NCBI GenBank assembly: GCA_965153355.1
Contig: OZ231126.1
Location: forward strand, 22,196,001-22,260,000
DNA: 64,000 bases
Source: Flaccisagitta enflata
Taxonomy: Eukaryota
Reading direction: 5' to 3'
The notes beneath the pieces were generated by a model. It did no database searches. It was not told the origin of the DNA and was given only the letters and a program-made list of their open reading frames with translations. Position 1 is the stretch's first letter. The number at the start of each line of letters is the position of its first letter. The position numbers were made by a program, and so were the translations under genes. Of this stretch, positions 28,989 to 43,286 are shown piece after piece.

Positions 28989-29985
28989 CATTATTCAACT
29001 AAAATGTCTAGAAATATTTGATTTCTTCTTGGCGTGGGTAGGTATGAGGCTCCGTCCGTAGGTAGGTAACGCGAAATATTGGATGTCGCATAATCGACTG
29101 AAGTAATGTTTTCTGATCATTACTGCCCCTTCCCAGTCTCAAGACTTCCCCGCCCACCCTATCACTGCCCCTGCCCATTTGTATTACTGCCCCTGCTCAG
29201 TGCCCACCCGTAAGTGACCAATTATTGACTGTGTATCTGGCCTTGTTTTTTAATGATTTCATAAATTGGATACATGATTCAGTGGATTTCAGTGGCCTAG
29301 TGACACTAAGTGGGAAAAAAACTGAGACACTTTTTTACACACTCAAGCAATTCTAACTATGTTTTTTTATTTTATGAAAAGTAATGATTTGGAAAAAAGT
29401 CGAGATTAAAAGATTCGAAGACTTTTTGATTCCTGCGAAGAAAACTTGTTTTTCCCTTTTTTCATGGGCCGTTTGAGGAAGTTGCTGCATTTTTGGGGCA
29501 GAACGGGACTACGCATGAAATTAATAAGCTAAGAAAGAGCTAAATCTCCTCTTTCCCAGATGACATTTAAGCAGAATTCTGTGCGATCGATAGTTTTGGA
29601 GCTATGATTTTTTAAATCTTTTTTTATTTTCTCTCATTTTAACATTTTTCCTAAAACAAGAGGAATCGAGTTGTTGAAGTCTGGCTGAACTTTGAAATGT
29701 CCTAGGTGATGATTGTGCATCCTGGCAGCACAGTTTCTCTCTCATTTCAACTCTGGACTCTAGAGGCTTTGTCCGTCAGTCCATCCATCAGTCTGTTGGT
29801 CTGTCTGTCCGTCCAAGTGGAAAAGTGGAAAAACAAGCTGTCTAGATGCTTGTGTGTGGTGGTTGGGGTTGGGGTGTAGATGGGGGTTGGATGCCTCTGT
29901 CCACCCTGTCTGCAACGATATTGTAACCCTGTGTTGCATGTTTTCTGTTTTCTCTCATATTCCCTCTCTCTCCCCTCTCTCTCCC

Positions 29986-30059
<74 letters not shown>

Positions 30060-30061
<2 letters not shown>

Positions 30062-32880
30062 GCCACAGCCTGGGATTAGGCTCGTTAAAAAAAAAAAAAA
30101 AAATTAGTATCGAAGGCTAGAAAAAGTCAATCTTATTATTGAAAAAAAAACCTGGGGAATCCAACCGTGACCTTTTCAGAGCCCTACGCAGGGGCGTTTA
30201 GAATCGGCCCCAAACAAACACCCAAAAATGGCTATTTTTAGGTATTTTTAGCCAAAATTTAGTACTTAAATGAGGCCAAGTGTTGTTCATAGTTGGGGAC
30301 ACTTCAAGATGTAAGAGACTAGTAAAGCAAGAATCATGATGATGGGGCTATTGTGGGTACCTAAGGCTGAGGGCCCCTAAGAGCAGAAAAAATGGTTTTT
30401 TTCATTGTGACTACAAAAATGAATGGAATGACTTCAAATTTGAAATGGAAGTTCCTTATAAATACAACTACCATCATGTAAAAATTTGTGGCCCTCCTTA
30501 GATGGCTTCATAGGAAAATTTGTACACAAAAACCAAAAATCGCTCCAAGAAATCAGTTTTTGAGTTAATTGAAGCCTAAAACAGTATTTTAAGTCAGGGT
30601 ACCCCAATTTTTTTTCTATTTTGCTAATATAAGATGTTTGGAGGTTCCAAAAAAATTTCAGGCCATATTTCCAAAAAATGGCTGAGATATGACCATTTGA
30701 AGCTTGACATTGATAAAAATGGAAAACGCCAAAAATGGTCATTTTTGGTGATTTTTTAAAAACAATTGGGTACAAAAAGGGGTCCTGTTCATTTTAATTC
30801 ATAGTTGGGGACACTACAGGATGTAAGAGATTATAAAAACAGGAATCATAATGATGGGGCTATTGTGGGGTACCTAAAAAGAAGGCCCAAAGTGAGCCCC
30901 TAAACCCAAAAATATGTATTTTTTTCATTGTGACTACAAAAATGAATGGAATGCCTTCAAATTGGAAATGGAAGTTCTTAATAAATGCAACTACCATCAT
31001 GTAAATTGTAGCCTCATGAAATGGCTTCATAGGAAAATTGTGCAAAAAACTAAAATCACTCAAAAATAAGTTTTTTAGTTCATTGACCTAAAACAATATT
31101 TCAAGGTCAGGTTCCCCAATTTTTTTCTGTTTTGCTATTATAAGATGTTTGGAGAGTTCCAAAAAAATTTCAGGCCATATTTCCAAAAATGGCTGAGAGA
31201 TATGACCATTTGAAGCGACGTGGTAAAACTGAAAAATGCCAAAAATGGTCATTTTGGTGATTTTTATAAACAATTGGGTACAAAAAGGGGTCCTGTTCAT
31301 TTTAATTCATAGTTGGGGACACTACAAGATGTAAGAGATTATAAAACAGGAATCATAATGATGGGGCTATGGTGGGGTACCTAAAAGTATTTGAGGTCAC
31401 TCAATTATTTGGGCAGGAGCAGTGAGGCCAAAGACCGCCATAAAACCCCCAAAAATAAAGTGTGACGGATCGACGGACAGACAGACCAACAGACGGACGG
31501 ACCAACGGTCTCTCTTTGGACGGACTGACAAAGCAAGGTGTAGATTTGCATGTCTTTGACTAAAAATGGTTATTTCTTTTTAGTCGCGTGCTGTGACTCT
31601 ACCCGCTTTGTCGTCGTCGTTGGTCGTCCGTTAGTCATCGTTGGTCGCCGGTCCGTTGTCCGTTGAGTGGTCCGGTTGGTCGTCCAATACGCTACTTTTT
31701 GGGTTTTAGGAGATTTTGGGTTTTAGGGTTTTTGGCTAAAAAAATCACAAAAAATGACCATTTTCGGCGTTTTCCATTTTTACCACGTCGCTTCAAATGG
31801 TCATATCTCAGCCATTTTTTGGAAATATGGCCTGAAATTTTTTTTGGAACCTCCTAACATCTTATATTAACAAAATAGAAAAAAAAAATTAAGGGTGCCT
31901 GACCTTCAGATATTGTTTTGGTCAATTAACTCAAAAACGGGAGATTTTTTTTGGAGCATTTTTAATTTTGTGGCAAATTTTTCCTATGAAACCATCAGAG
32001 GGCTGGGATTTTACATGATGTGAATTACAACTATAAGGAATTCATTTCAATTTAATCATTCATTCATTTTTGTAGTCACAATGAAAAAAAACATACATTT
32101 TTGTTTTGGGAGTTATACTGAGCCTTTTGGTGCCCCACAATAACTTGTCGTGCTGATTTCTGACATGTCTCTTGCATGCTGTAGTGTCACCAACTATTAA
32201 TTAAAATGAACAGGACCCCTTTTTGTACTCAATTGTTTAAAAAAATCAATCACAAAGATGAGCCAATTTCGGCGTTTTCATTTTTACTTTTCATTTTACT
32301 TCACTTCAAATGGTCATATCTCATCCATTTTTGGAAATATAGGCCTCAAATTTTTTTTGGAACCTCCAAACATCTTATATTAACAAAATAGAGAAAAAAA
32401 TTAGAGTACCCTGACTTTAAAATATTGTTTTTAGGTCAATGAACTATAAAAACTGATTTTGGAGCGATTTTTAATTTTGTAACAGAATTACTACATGAAG
32501 CCATCTAGAGAACACAATCTACATGATAATCAGTTGCATTATAAAACCTAGCTATTTAGTCATTCCATTCATTTTGTAGTCACAATGAAAAAAAACTACA
32601 TTTTGTTTAGAGATTGCTTTACAGGCAGCACTAACCCATCATCTTATTTTACTATTCTCCCATCTTGAGTGTCTAACTATGAAATTAGAGAAACACTTGG
32701 CCTCATTTAAATATAGAATTTGGCCAAAACTGCAAAATAACAGGTGTTTACAGGGCCGTTTCTGCCCCGCGTAAACTCTGAGATCACGGTGGGTCCCAGG
32801 TTTGCAAGATGACCTTTCAGCCTCATCTCAATTTTTTGCGACAAAAATAATGCAGCTAGCTCAACTTGGCCGGGTAGCGG
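30060..32880. repeat. 2.8-kb imperfect palindrome built from ~520-bp tandem units, centre ~31572
   Basis: Units start at TTCATAGTTGGGGACACT (30287, 30808, 31307) and are mirrored in 31730-32700. Outer ends mirror each other (30150-30200 vs 32760-32800). The centre has two head-to-head HINE termini. Confidence 0.85.
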
Positions 32881-33425
32881 TCTCTCTCTCTCTCTTTCTC
32901 TTTTTCTCTCTCTCTCTTTTCTTCTCTTATTTTCTCGAGCAGCATTTACGACTTTTTTCCTACGGCGATTAGCCGCCCTTATTGGTACACTTCTAAGCGA
33001 AACTACTTTTATGATTTTGAGAAAAAAAACATAGAAGAATATTATGGTTTTTTTCTGAATCTAACATCCTGAGCTAGCAATATACTTAATACTTATCATG
33101 GTAGCTACAAGCATGTTTTGTAAACACTAATTCACTATCATTTGGCTATCATCGGCTCCTTCAAAATACTTTTTATCAAAACAGTAAGCCATGCAGTGCA
33201 GTGGAGGAACGTCTTTGACAGACTTAATTAGATTTGCCTCCCTCTGAGGCCAACTTTGCCTAAACTTGATTTACCAAATTTACTGCGTGAATCTCTGCCT
33301 GGTGTCAAGTGTCTGCAATCTCCCTTTCTGTCTCCGTTTTCATGTCTCCGCTATTTCTTCCAGTCTTTCTTTCTCCCTGTATTTTCGTATCTCTATATGC
33401 CGTTCTCTCTTCTCTCTCTACTCTC

Positions 33426-33510
<85 letters not shown>

Positions 33511-33642
33511 TCACTAGCTGCATAAAGATAAAGCCTGTTCATCTCTCTTTTACTCATCAATCATCACCACTCATTACATTATGATTTTTCTGAAATGACA
33601 CGAAAGAAAATCGCATCACTCTGCAATGGGAAAAAATATCAA

Positions 33643-33896
33643 AACAAGGTCATTAGACCTAAGTCGCGTGCGTCGGCACTTTCAAAAAATGTCATGCAGA
33701 CAGACGGACATTTTTTTTTTTCAAAAGCAATTATTAAAAGGCTTTTTACTCCTCCAAGTTTCTTCTCTGCCATTCAGAGCAATAAAAAACGCGATAAAAA
33801 GCCTTAAAAATGACTTTGTTACGGACGGACCGACCAACGGGCCGACCGACGGACCGACAAAGTGGCTTATAGAGTCGCGTAGCACGCGACTAAAAA
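33643..33896 (-). mobile_element. HINE-like element, same family as the ZNF insertion
   Basis: AACAAGGTCATTAGACCTAAGTCGCGTGCGTCG ... GAGTCGCGTAGCACGCGACTAAAAA. Confidence 0.75.
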
Positions 33897-34269
33897 TAAA
33901 TCGTTTACACGTTCTTTTCATGTACACAATTTGACCATACTTAGATTTGATTCAAAACATAAACCATCCAATTATGACCAACATCTTTCTTCAAAAGGTG
34001 TTTGCTTTTATGCTTTTTTTAGGAAAAAAAAGCTTAATCTGTGATTCTGCATTTGAAATTGGGAATTCTGTCATGATGAAATAGTAGAACAAGAATCCAT
34101 GAAAAGTTTCCTTCCATTTAAGGCCACTCCCAGAATCAGCATGAGTTGAAGATGATTTTCTGGAAAAGATTCTTTTAGGTAAGTGTAATTGTCGATTGGA
34201 ATAAGGCAAGGGTCAATTTCCTCATAGTGATGGATTTTTTTTGAATATCTTGCTCCTTTGCCAAGTAAT

Positions 34270-34312
<43 letters not shown>

Positions 34313-34512
34313 GACTATAACCCAGGGGAATGTCCAAAAAAGGATCAGTCTAAATTTAGACTCTAATGCGTTTAGACTGAGTTACCAGAAATTTGCGAAA
34401 AAAGATGAAAAGGAAAAGGAAAAAAATTTTGTAAACAATTTTGCTATGAAAAATGAATCCGTTTGAAAAGTGAAATGACAGTGTGTATTTAAATTTGAAT
34501 TTTGTTATTATT

Positions 34513-34559
<47 letters not shown>

Positions 34560-35151
34560 AGATGAACAAACTCTTTCAATGGAAACGAGAGAGAAAGAGT
34601 CAAATTGCAAATCAGGCTTACTCGTAATTACACGTGAAATGACGAAATGTTCAAATTATCGCATTTTAAGACAATGCCTGGACAAGGCATGGTTACATAA
34701 TACATATATGAACATGTCATTTTAACAACGGAAAAATTTTCAAGTCGAGGGATATGAACACAGAGGAGGAAGGCGAAGCGTTATGTCTAAAGGAATCATT
34801 TTTAAGGATACGACTTTTTAGTTGCGGACACGCAACTCTGTAAGAGCCTTTGTCCGTCCCTCCGTCCGTCCGTCCGTTCGTCCGTCCGTCCGTCCGTCCG
34901 TCCGTCCGTCCATCCGTCCGTCCGTTCTAAATCCCGTCCGTCCGTCCGTCCATCCATACGTCCGTCCGTCCGTCCGTCAATCCGTGAGCCATCGAGTCAA
35001 AAAGTGCGAAAGCGCGCAATTCCGCCCCTGCCCTGCCGTCCGCAACTGATATTGGCCGTGTATCCGGCCTTGTTTCTACTACACTGGCAAAGTATCCTGT
35101 GCAATACTTCACTAAGAACAAAAAACGATTCCTATTATCTCTTTAGTGAAG

Positions 35152-35407
<256 letters not shown>

Positions 35408-35458
35408 AACAAACACACGCACCATACAAAAATCAACAAAATAATAATACACAATACA

Positions 35459-35964
35459 TGGGTGCTTCACATAGCAAAAGTTGGGAGTATCCCTTCACCC
35501 TACCTAGGTAATGTGGAGGAACAAAAATCATGAAGATGACCAGTTTTTTTTTAAATTCCTTTATCTTCCATTTTTATTTTGGCCTTAAAGTAACTACAGA
35601 TTTCTCAGAATTCAGCAAAATCCTATGTAATTTTGTTACAAAAAAGAAAATTATCTGTTTTAAAAAATCATGATGTTGGTAAAAATTAACTAGAATATCA
35701 GAATATAAGCTATAAAAGAGCATATAAAAATGCAGAATTACAATTCTATGAAAAAAAAAATTGTTATACCTAATTTAAACAATGTCAGTATATTGTTTTA
35801 TCCAACTGCAATATACAAATTACGTCCTCAAAAACAATTTTAAAAAAATGTAAGATGAGCGATTTTTGATAAAAGAAAAATAGAGAGGGTCCTTAAATTA
35901 GCCACTCTACATTAGGTAGAGAGGGTGAAAAGAAATAACCAACTTTTGCTATGTGAAGCACCCA
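35459..35964. mobile_element. TIR MITE, possibly Mutator-like
   Basis: 26-bp perfect TIR TGGGTGCTTCACATAGCAAAAGTTGG / CCAACTTTTGCTATGTGAAGCACCCA, with an imperfect 9-bp flanking duplication cacaataca/aacaatacg. Confidence 0.7.
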
Positions 35965-36253
35965 AACAATACGCACTACACACCAATGACCCATCAAAAA
36001 GTCCGCTATGAACTTGAATGCGCGTGACAATGCTAAAACCGCGATTGATTAAGTAAGATGAAGATGTTTTCCTCCTCTCATATCATCCTCATCTTTTTCC
36101 TGATCTTCCTCCCCAATTGTCCCTCCTCATCTTCCTTCCTTCCTTAGCCTCCATCTCTTCCTCTTTTCACGATCGGTGAGTGGAGAAATGGTGCTGTATT
36201 CATCGCTTACGAGATTTCATTTCTCTGTCTCTATCTTCCCGTGCTTCTGCCTT

Positions 36254-36381
<128 letters not shown>

Positions 36382-37558
36382 TTTCCAATCTATGCCTCTG
36401 GAATCTGGATTTTTCTCTTTCCCTCTTGTTTTCATCTCTTCTTCTGCTCTTCATGACTTCTGTTTTTTGTCTCTCTCTCTCTTTCTCTCTTCCCACGTGG
36501 GTGATCGTCCGAAGAATAATAGATCCCCGAAGTCTCCTCCACGCCTCATTGCCTTTTCATTTTCCTTCTCATTCCGACGCCTGCTCACCCATAATAATAA
36601 TAATGGTGATACTCCAATCGGTCGTATTCATGTGGAGTGATTTAATACTTTTTTGTTTTCACTTACCTGTTCATTTCCATTCTCAGTTCGAGTCGGCTCA
36701 CTTACGATATTGTTTATTATTCATTTGATCCTATTCACATTAAATGATTAACCGCAAGCTTATCACTTATCTCCTAATTTCTATAAATTTTCTTTACGGA
36801 TTCTGTGCTCATAATGATAAATGATACTGTAATTGGTAAAATTCACATTGATTCCATGATTAACAGTTTTCACATTTCTTTTCATTTTCGATCTCATTTT
36901 AAGACCATAATACACAAAATGACGATGATAATGCAATCACTGCATTGTCTTGGTTGCATTCACACTTGTTGCTCATTTCATGTTATTGCCCATCTCCCCC
37001 TTAATCTGCATATCTGCACCTAATAGGAGCCGACCCCATTTTGATTTTTGATTAATAACGAATCCACGCAAATTTACCAACAGGCAGATGGATCAACGAA
37101 CAGACAAAGCCTGTAACACAGTCGCGAGATCGTCTTCGGTTTTTGGTTTGACTTTGTTGAACACATGATAACAAAGGAGACAGTAAAGAAAGAAACACGA
37201 GTTGATTTTGAAATTTCTGTTTCTCGCTGAGAAAATACTGCCATCAGCCCACCATCAGAAAGTTTCAGCTCAATCCTCAGTTTTAGCATCAGTAATATTC
37301 GACTTCTTTAATCTCACTCCAAATTGTTTCTTTCTCTCTCTTTGTCACGTGACGTCACTATCCTTCTTATACTTCCATGCTGTCAGCCATTGTGGTGTCA
37401 CCGTCCCTCGCCCCCCTTCTCCCTTCCAGCAACCCTGGCTGTTGGTCATTAGCGTCACCTTCCCTCTCACCCTGCAATCCCCAATCGTTACACCAACAAC
37501 CCATGCTGTTGACCGATTGTGTGTTGTCACCTCTCGCCCTCCCCTTCCCTCCCAGCTA

Positions 37559-37968
37559 CCACGCGAATAAAAAAAAGACGCACCTCTTTATTTAATAATA
37601 AAACAGAAAGAAAAAACAATTTTAACTAATTTCTGTTGAATCATATTAAAAGATTTTCAAACTTTCATTTTAGGGAAGCAATCCCAGGTCTGCTATCTCA
37701 AACGGTTTAGGAGCTAGAGCTCTGCAAAGAGAAGCACTATTTTGCTAAAATGCAATTATTTACATGGGGATTGTGAAACTGAAATAGGCAACATTTTTAC
37801 TCAAACTGATGCCATTTCTAAATGAAAAAAGATAGCAATACCAGATAAGCGCCAAATGAAAAGACTTTCAAAGGGCTTCGAAATGATCTAAGATTATCTT
37901 TAGTTTTTTTAAAGATTTATTGGCTAAATTAGCCATTTAAAAGTGCATCTTTTTTTTAATTCGCGTGG
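37559..37968. mobile_element. TA-flanked MITE
   Basis: ta|CCACGCGAATAAAAAAAAGACGCAC ... GTGCATCTTTTTTTTAATTCGCGTGG|ta. The empty paralogous site is at ~50915. Confidence 0.8.
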
Positions 37969-39286
37969 TACCAATGCCGTCAGCTAATAGTGTGTCATCG
38001 CCTCACGCCCCCTCTCCCTGCAAGCGACCCATGTTGTCCTCGCCTATCTCCTGACAACCTATGTTGTCAGTAGCTAGCTAGTGTATCAGCACCTCTCTCC
38101 TGGCAAACGACCCATGCTGTCCTTTCTTGGCTATGTTAGCTGTCAGTCATCGGTCTTTGGTGGCTTCTTCCCCCCCCCCTCCTCACAACAAATGCTATTA
38201 GAAATTGGTCTGTCGTTCTAGCTGCCCCCCCCCCCTCCCTTTTCCCTCCCAACGAACCGTGCTGTCAGCCATGGGAGTTTCGTCGCCTTTCGTCCTAGAT
38301 GCAACGAATTACTCAAATGATTTATGCAAAACGTGGAAGAATTGAGTAAGAAACTCCAACCAGAGAAAGAGACAGCGAGGAGACTATCAACGAAAAATGA
38401 GACAGGGATAGCCTAAAGTGGAACGAATTCAGATCTGGTCTCTGAAGTGCGAATCCTCATTCTTTACCTACTAAAGAGGGAATTCCCACGACCCACTACG
38501 TTGGAATGAGTATCAACTTCAGAAAAAATAACATGATACATTCAACTTCAGAAAAAATGACATGATACATCTCTTCTAATTTTTTTCTTCTCTCAAGCAT
38601 ATGCAACTTCTCTTTTCTTGGTAAAATGTGACAAATTGAGAGAGAGTAAAAAAAACATAAAATGGTCTGAAAATCTTTGCTTATTTGCCAAAAATGGGGA
38701 CTATCGCCGCGAGGAAAAAAGCTTTTGTCTTCAGTTACTGCAATCTTTTTTTATGTTTTAATTGCACAGAAAATCTGAGAAAAATAGGTTTGAGCCAAAT
38801 GAGCAAGATGAGCTAGAATACTCAAATTCACTCACACAGATGACAGGCTATGTTCACTGACATGCTTTCATGTACTTATATGCTCAGACATGCATCAAAA
38901 CATCTATTTATTTATCACATGCTCATTAACATGCTTAAAACATGTTTTCTTGTATTTACATGCTAAAACAAACATGAACTCACTCCTTTGATAATCCTAC
39001 TTAAAATAATAAAAACAAAAAACAAAAAAATCGTTACTTCAAAAATATTTCACAAAGAGCATTCTGCTTGGTGCCAAATGAAAGAGAATTATCAAATTTT
39101 TTTACTCTATCTATTTCGTTAGAGGGCTCATTCAGTCGATTGAGCGCTGGAGTTTTCTCACAAAACAAGGTCAGATACATGGCTACCCTAGACGCGTGTA
39201 GGTGGGCAGGAGCAGTGCTGGAGAAGGTCACTATGGCATCTGGGCAGGAGCTGCATGCTCAAAAAGCTCAAAAACGCCAAAAAAGT

Positions 39287-39838
39287 AACTAGTCATCCAA
39301 GGATTGCACATGGTCAGTGGTACCCGATGCCCTGCTGGGAGTGATCCAGTGAAGAAGTGGAGTGAAATGGGGCAGCGGCCCCAAAGGAGCCGATGTCTGT
39401 AAGGCACAGAGAGGAATTTCCATATGTCCTGAGGGAGCATATTTCAGGCCTTAGATGACTGATTTGGGCCGCTGAAGGCATGATAAGGCTGGAGGGCATA
39501 ATTAAGGCTTGGAGAGCCGAACTGAGGTTTGGAGGGCAAATTTAAGACATGGAGGGCTGATTTTATGCTTGGAGGGCTAATTGAGGGTCTGGAAGGCAGA
39601 TTTGTCTGGAGAGTCAGATTTGGTGAGGAGCTGATCCGAAGCCTGGAAAACTTGGTTGAGGCCTGGGGGCTAAATTGAGGGCTGGAGTGGGCAAGTTTGA
39701 GGGCTGGGAGGGCAAATTTGAGGCTAGGAAGAGGGCAAATTCCAGGAGCCAACAAGAGGACGGAAGGACGGACGGACGTATGGGGAAATTCCCCTGTGTT
39801 CTACAGGACATCGGCCCTTTGGGGCCGCTGCCCAAAAT
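39287..39838 (-). mobile_element. HINE-like family C element nested in a family A element (39163-39940)
   Basis: ~50-bp subterminal inverted repeats GGGCAGCGGCCCCAAAGG..GATGTC..GTA, internal ~21-bp repeats, and a tail matching 41570-41658. Confidence 0.7.
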
Positions 39839-40364
39839 GGGGACGGACCGACTGACTGACCAACCAACCAACCAACCAACCAACCAACCAACCGACAGAC
39901 TGACATAGCAGGGTGTAGAGTTGCGTAGCATGCAACTTAAAATAAAAATCATGTTTTTCTGGAATATGTAAAAAAAGTTGAAGACTCACTTTGACTTTTC
40001 CCGATTATCTCACTTCATCCCGATTATGATTTCAAAAAAGTATCTGTTGAAGGTTTTTTCTAAAATCAAAAGTTCAGTCTAGTTTTATCAAGATTTTTTG
40101 TAAGTTGCTTTTTGTTGCACTTTTCCTGTGATATGAATGAATTTAATTTCCATGATTTTTTTGTCTGAAATCTGTAAAAAGAATTAACATCATAGTATGG
40201 GAAATTTCTTCACTGATGTGCGAAATTCGCATTAAAGATGTTACCCTCAAATTTGAAGTGATAAGGAGAGAATGACAGGAGAAGAAATTACGGCAAGATT
40301 GAGAGAGAAACAAGGAACATACAAACAAACTACTCACAATGTAGAGGAAGAATGACAATCGACC

Positions 40365-40965
40365 GTATGCTTGAGAGACAGTGTGCAGGTGTCAAAGAGA
40401 TTTTCATGTTTGTTCGGTGCAGGTGCAGGTGTCAATGAGATCCTTATGTACGTTCAGTCATTTGCTTGAGATACAGTGCGGGTGTCAGAGAGATCTTCAT
40501 GTTTGGTCGGTCATTTGCTTGAGATAAAGTGTGCAGGTGTCAAAGAGATCTTCATATATATTCGGTCGTTTGCTTGAGATACAGTGTACAGGTGTCAAAA
40601 AGAGATCTTCATGTATTTTCAGTCGTTTGCTTGAGATACAGTGTGCAGGTGTCAAAGAGATCTTCATTTTTGTTTGGACGTTGCTTGAGATACAGTATGC
40701 AGGTGTCAAAGAGATCTTCATGTATGTTTGGTCGTTTGCTTGAGATACAATGTTCAGGTGTCAAAGAGATCTTCATGTTTGTTCGGCCAGTTGCTAGAGA
40801 TACAGTGTGCAGGTGTCAAAGAGGTCTTCATGTTTGTTCGGTCGTTTGCTTGAGATACAGTGTGCAGGTGTAAAAGAAATCTTCATGTTTGTTTGGTCGT
40901 TTGCTTGAGACACAGTGTGCAGGTGTCAAAGAGATCTTCATGTTTGTTCGGTCATTTGTCCGGTC
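40365..40965 (+). repeat. 55-bp minisatellite, about 10-11 copies
   Basis: Unit GCTTGAGATACAGTGTGCAGGTGTCAAAGAGATCTTCATGTTTGTTCGGTCGTTT recurs every ~55 bp. Confidence 0.9.
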
Positions 40966-41099
40966 GACAACAACTGATGCTTTTTTATTCGACTTTGTAG
41001 ATGCGGACACACAACTCTATAAGAGGATTTGTCCGTCCATCCGTTGGTCCATACATGGTGATTTGGTTGAAAAGTGAAAAAAACCCAGTGAATTAGATA

Positions 41100-41658
41100 T
41101 TTTTTGGGCAGCGGCCCCAAAGGGCCGATGTCTTGTAAGTTACAGGGGTGAATTTCAGACGTTAGTCCGTCGTCTGTCGATGCATCCATACGTCCATCAT
41201 CCCCATAAAGCTGAGCCTCAAATTCCTGGAATAACATGAAGAAAATTGAAGAAATGCAAAATTCCCATTGAATAACGATGGAAAATTGACAAAAAATGCA
41301 AAAATGCGAGATTCCCATTGAATAACATGGGAAATTTACTAGAAGTTAAAAATATGTGAAATCCCTAGGAAATAACATGGAAAATTGATAGAATTATGAA
41401 ATAAATGCAGAATCTAGATCCAATAGCATGGTAAATTGACAAAAATATTGAAAAAAATGCAATGTTCTCATTGAATAACATGGAAAATAACCCCAGAGCC
41501 CAAAGGCCTTCTCAGGGCGACTAGAAATTCACACCTGTGTCCTACAGGACATCGGCCCTTCAGGGCCGCTGCCCTGCTCTCACTCCACTTCTTCAGCTGA
41601 TCACTCCAAGCAGGGCATCGGGTACCGCTGACCATGTGCGATCCTTGGATGACTTGTT
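41100..41658 (+). mobile_element. HINE-like family C element nested in another HINE-like element (40995-41755)
   Basis: TTTTTGGGCAGCGGCCCCAAAGGGCCGATGTC..., inverted copy at 41535-41575, internal ~52-bp repeats and tail ...GCGATCCTTGGATGACTTGTT. Confidence 0.75.
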
Positions 41659-42209
41659 GTGTATGTTTGTGTGTTGGGAGGTTGAAGTGTGGATGGAGGT
41701 TGGATGCCCCTGCCAACCCGTTCGCAACTATATTGTGACCCTGCGTCACTTATTATGGCTCTAGTCTCACGCACTTAGCTTCGATTTGTCCTCACGAGCT
41801 TTTATTTTGCAGAGATTGAATTTCAAGCCAGACATCGGTCATGACTCATGAGTAAGGAGGATGAACTTTGAAATGGACTTCTCTCCAAATGACATCCAAT
41901 ATACTAGCCAGATTCAATTCCATGTTGCTGCGCCTTAGTTTCATTTGTTTTCATTTGTTCTTTTTTTTTTTTTTTTTTTTTTTTTGTTTCGTGACATAGT
42001 CATTATTTCGTCTCTGTTGGCGTTTCTCTATCTCTCGCTACTTCATCTTTTTTCCTCGCGGCGATAGTCTCATTCCATCTCTCCCGTTCTCTCTCTGGGT
42101 CTCTCTGGGCCTCCCTCGGTCTTTCTCCCTCGATCTCGGTCTCTGTAACTGTCTCTGTGTCTGTCTGTCTGTCTTTGTTTTTGTCTGTCTGTGTCTGTCT
42201 GTGTCTGTG

Positions 42210-42310
<101 letters not shown>

Positions 42311-42499
42311 GCCCATTAGCTGCCTGAAAATATAGCCTGTTCATCTCTCTTTTACTCATAACCTCTTATTACCACCTCTCAGCGTATACACGTCCCAAGA
42401 ACATGTCCATCCATGTACATCCATCCTGGAAAATTACAACTTACAAAAGAAGCTGTCCTGGGAACAGTCTAGCAGGAAGTGATGGCGCTTTGCCCAGTA

Positions 42500-42838
42500 G
42501 GGTGACTTAAAAATATGGTCAAATCCAAATCTAATCTCGTCTTCCTTGTGGGAGAAATGTGACCATTCCATCATAGTGGTAACTCTAAAATCTGGAAATG
42601 ATCAGACAAAGTTTACTCATGACAGCAACCCACCCTCATTCCCCATAGAAAATAGATAGGAAAGACGTTGGCCTATGCAGCTTCTTATATTTTCTAATGG
42701 CAATGAGGTGGGGTTGCGGCCGTAAGTAAACTTTGTCTGATCATCTCCAGATTACAGAGTTATCATCTGTGATGGAAATGGTCACATTTCTCCCGCGAGG
42801 GAGACCAGATTCTAATATGACCATATTTTCAGTATCGC
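42500..42838. mobile_element. Fold-back MITE
   Basis: Arms mirror across the whole length: AAAATATGGTCA/TGACCATATTTT, GGGAGAAATGTGACCATT/ATGGTCACATTTCTCCC, ATGATCAGACAAAGTTTACT/AGTAAACTTTGTCTGATCAT. Confidence 0.75.
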
Positions 42839-43122
42839 GGAGGGCATTTGGGTTAGGGGGCTTTTGGCAAAAATGCTTCAACACAGTTGAACCTCAAAAG
42901 ACATAAAAAGATACAAAACAGATACAATGAGCAGAGGCTTAAAACTAAAGGCTGTCTACACCCATTTAACTCACATAGAATCTGGCTTTTGCCTGATTTA
43001 TAACTGGGTCTTTTCCCTTATTTCTAGTCGCACAGATTCCAAGATTCCTTTAATTTTCTTTTCAATATTCTTTTGTATTTTCGGGACCGCATAGATGTAT
43101 AAACGCTCTCTGTCTCTCTGTC

Positions 43123-43286
<164 letters not shown>

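Noticed and set aside
40365..40965. CRISPR-like array
   Set aside because: The variable segments are homologous to each other rather than unique spacers. There are no cas genes and the context is eukaryotic.
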